Positions 45,283 to 45,469 of a stretch of DNA of 45,469 nucleotides are shown one piece after another. The notes under the pieces are model-generated. The model was not told where the DNA came from. It saw only the letters and a program-made list of their open reading frames with translations, and made no database searches. Source of the DNA: Gemmatimonadota bacterium (GTDB lineage Bacteria > Gemmatimonadota > Gemmatimonadetes > Longimicrobiales > Gaopeijiaceae); contig JBDHHQ010000033.1 of assembly GCA_039589315.1 (NCBI GenBank), forward strand, positions 1-45,469. Reading direction: 5' to 3'. Position numbers and translations under genes: made by a program. The first letter of the stretch is position 1, and the number at the start of each line of letters is the position of its first letter.

Positions 45283-45469
45283 CGCCAGCCCCCTGACGAA
45301 ACGGACGACGTCTTCGTGGTGCCAGGCCGCGGCACCGAAGGGGAAGAGGACTCGGGAATGAGAAAGCGACACACTCCGGAGCAAATCGTCCGGAAGTTGC
45401 GAGAAGCGGATGCGCTGCTGAGCGGCGGGGCGTCCATCGCCGACGCATGTCAGCGGTTGGAGGTGAGCG
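45283..45469 (+). mobile_element. IS3 family element: left end and start of orfA (ATG 45358), running off the window
   Basis: MRKRHTPEQIVRKLREADALLSGGASIADACQRLEVS HTH; IR-like CCAGCCCCCTGACGAAACGGACGA upstream. Confidence 0.85.

Overview
GC-rich accessory region. The ADOP-type permease, the Oar-like TonB receptor and a 'PELAAVLG' kinase remnant suggest Gemmatimonadota or a relative, but this is inference. The window is built around integration at the 3' half of a tRNA-Lys(CTT) gene on the minus strand: a 45-bp att-like direct repeat occurs at 86-130 and 32378-32422. Four related ~100-130 bp att-arm-like elements (134-260, 32423-32548, 38545-38648, 39265-39380) divide the cargo into modules, and no integrase gene is visible. 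Cargo from left to right: (1) a mercury/metal locus with merR, a thioredoxin-like gene, a DUF6410-like gene, an atypical csoR, merB and a MacB-type permease, but no merA; (2) a sigma54-controlled sulfatase/MBL hydrolase/beta-barrel operon; (3) a cobalamin-dependent radical SAM gene coupled to a lipoprotein with a 'C-EDNGAVDPAPPP' N-terminus; (4) about 10 kb rich in truncated and deletion-fused genes and IS remnants; (5) a cytochrome c-Vgb propeller; (6) an orphan single-chain TssB-TssC sheath fusion; (7) DUF1326/DUF2182; (8) a Tat multicopper oxidase plus a TonB receptor; (9) a single-gene cassette; (10) a 1120-aa fusion of a two-domain laccase, a circularly permuted cupredoxin and a galactose-oxidase-like domain; (11) the start of an IS3 element. 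All calls come from motif reading; no searches were run.
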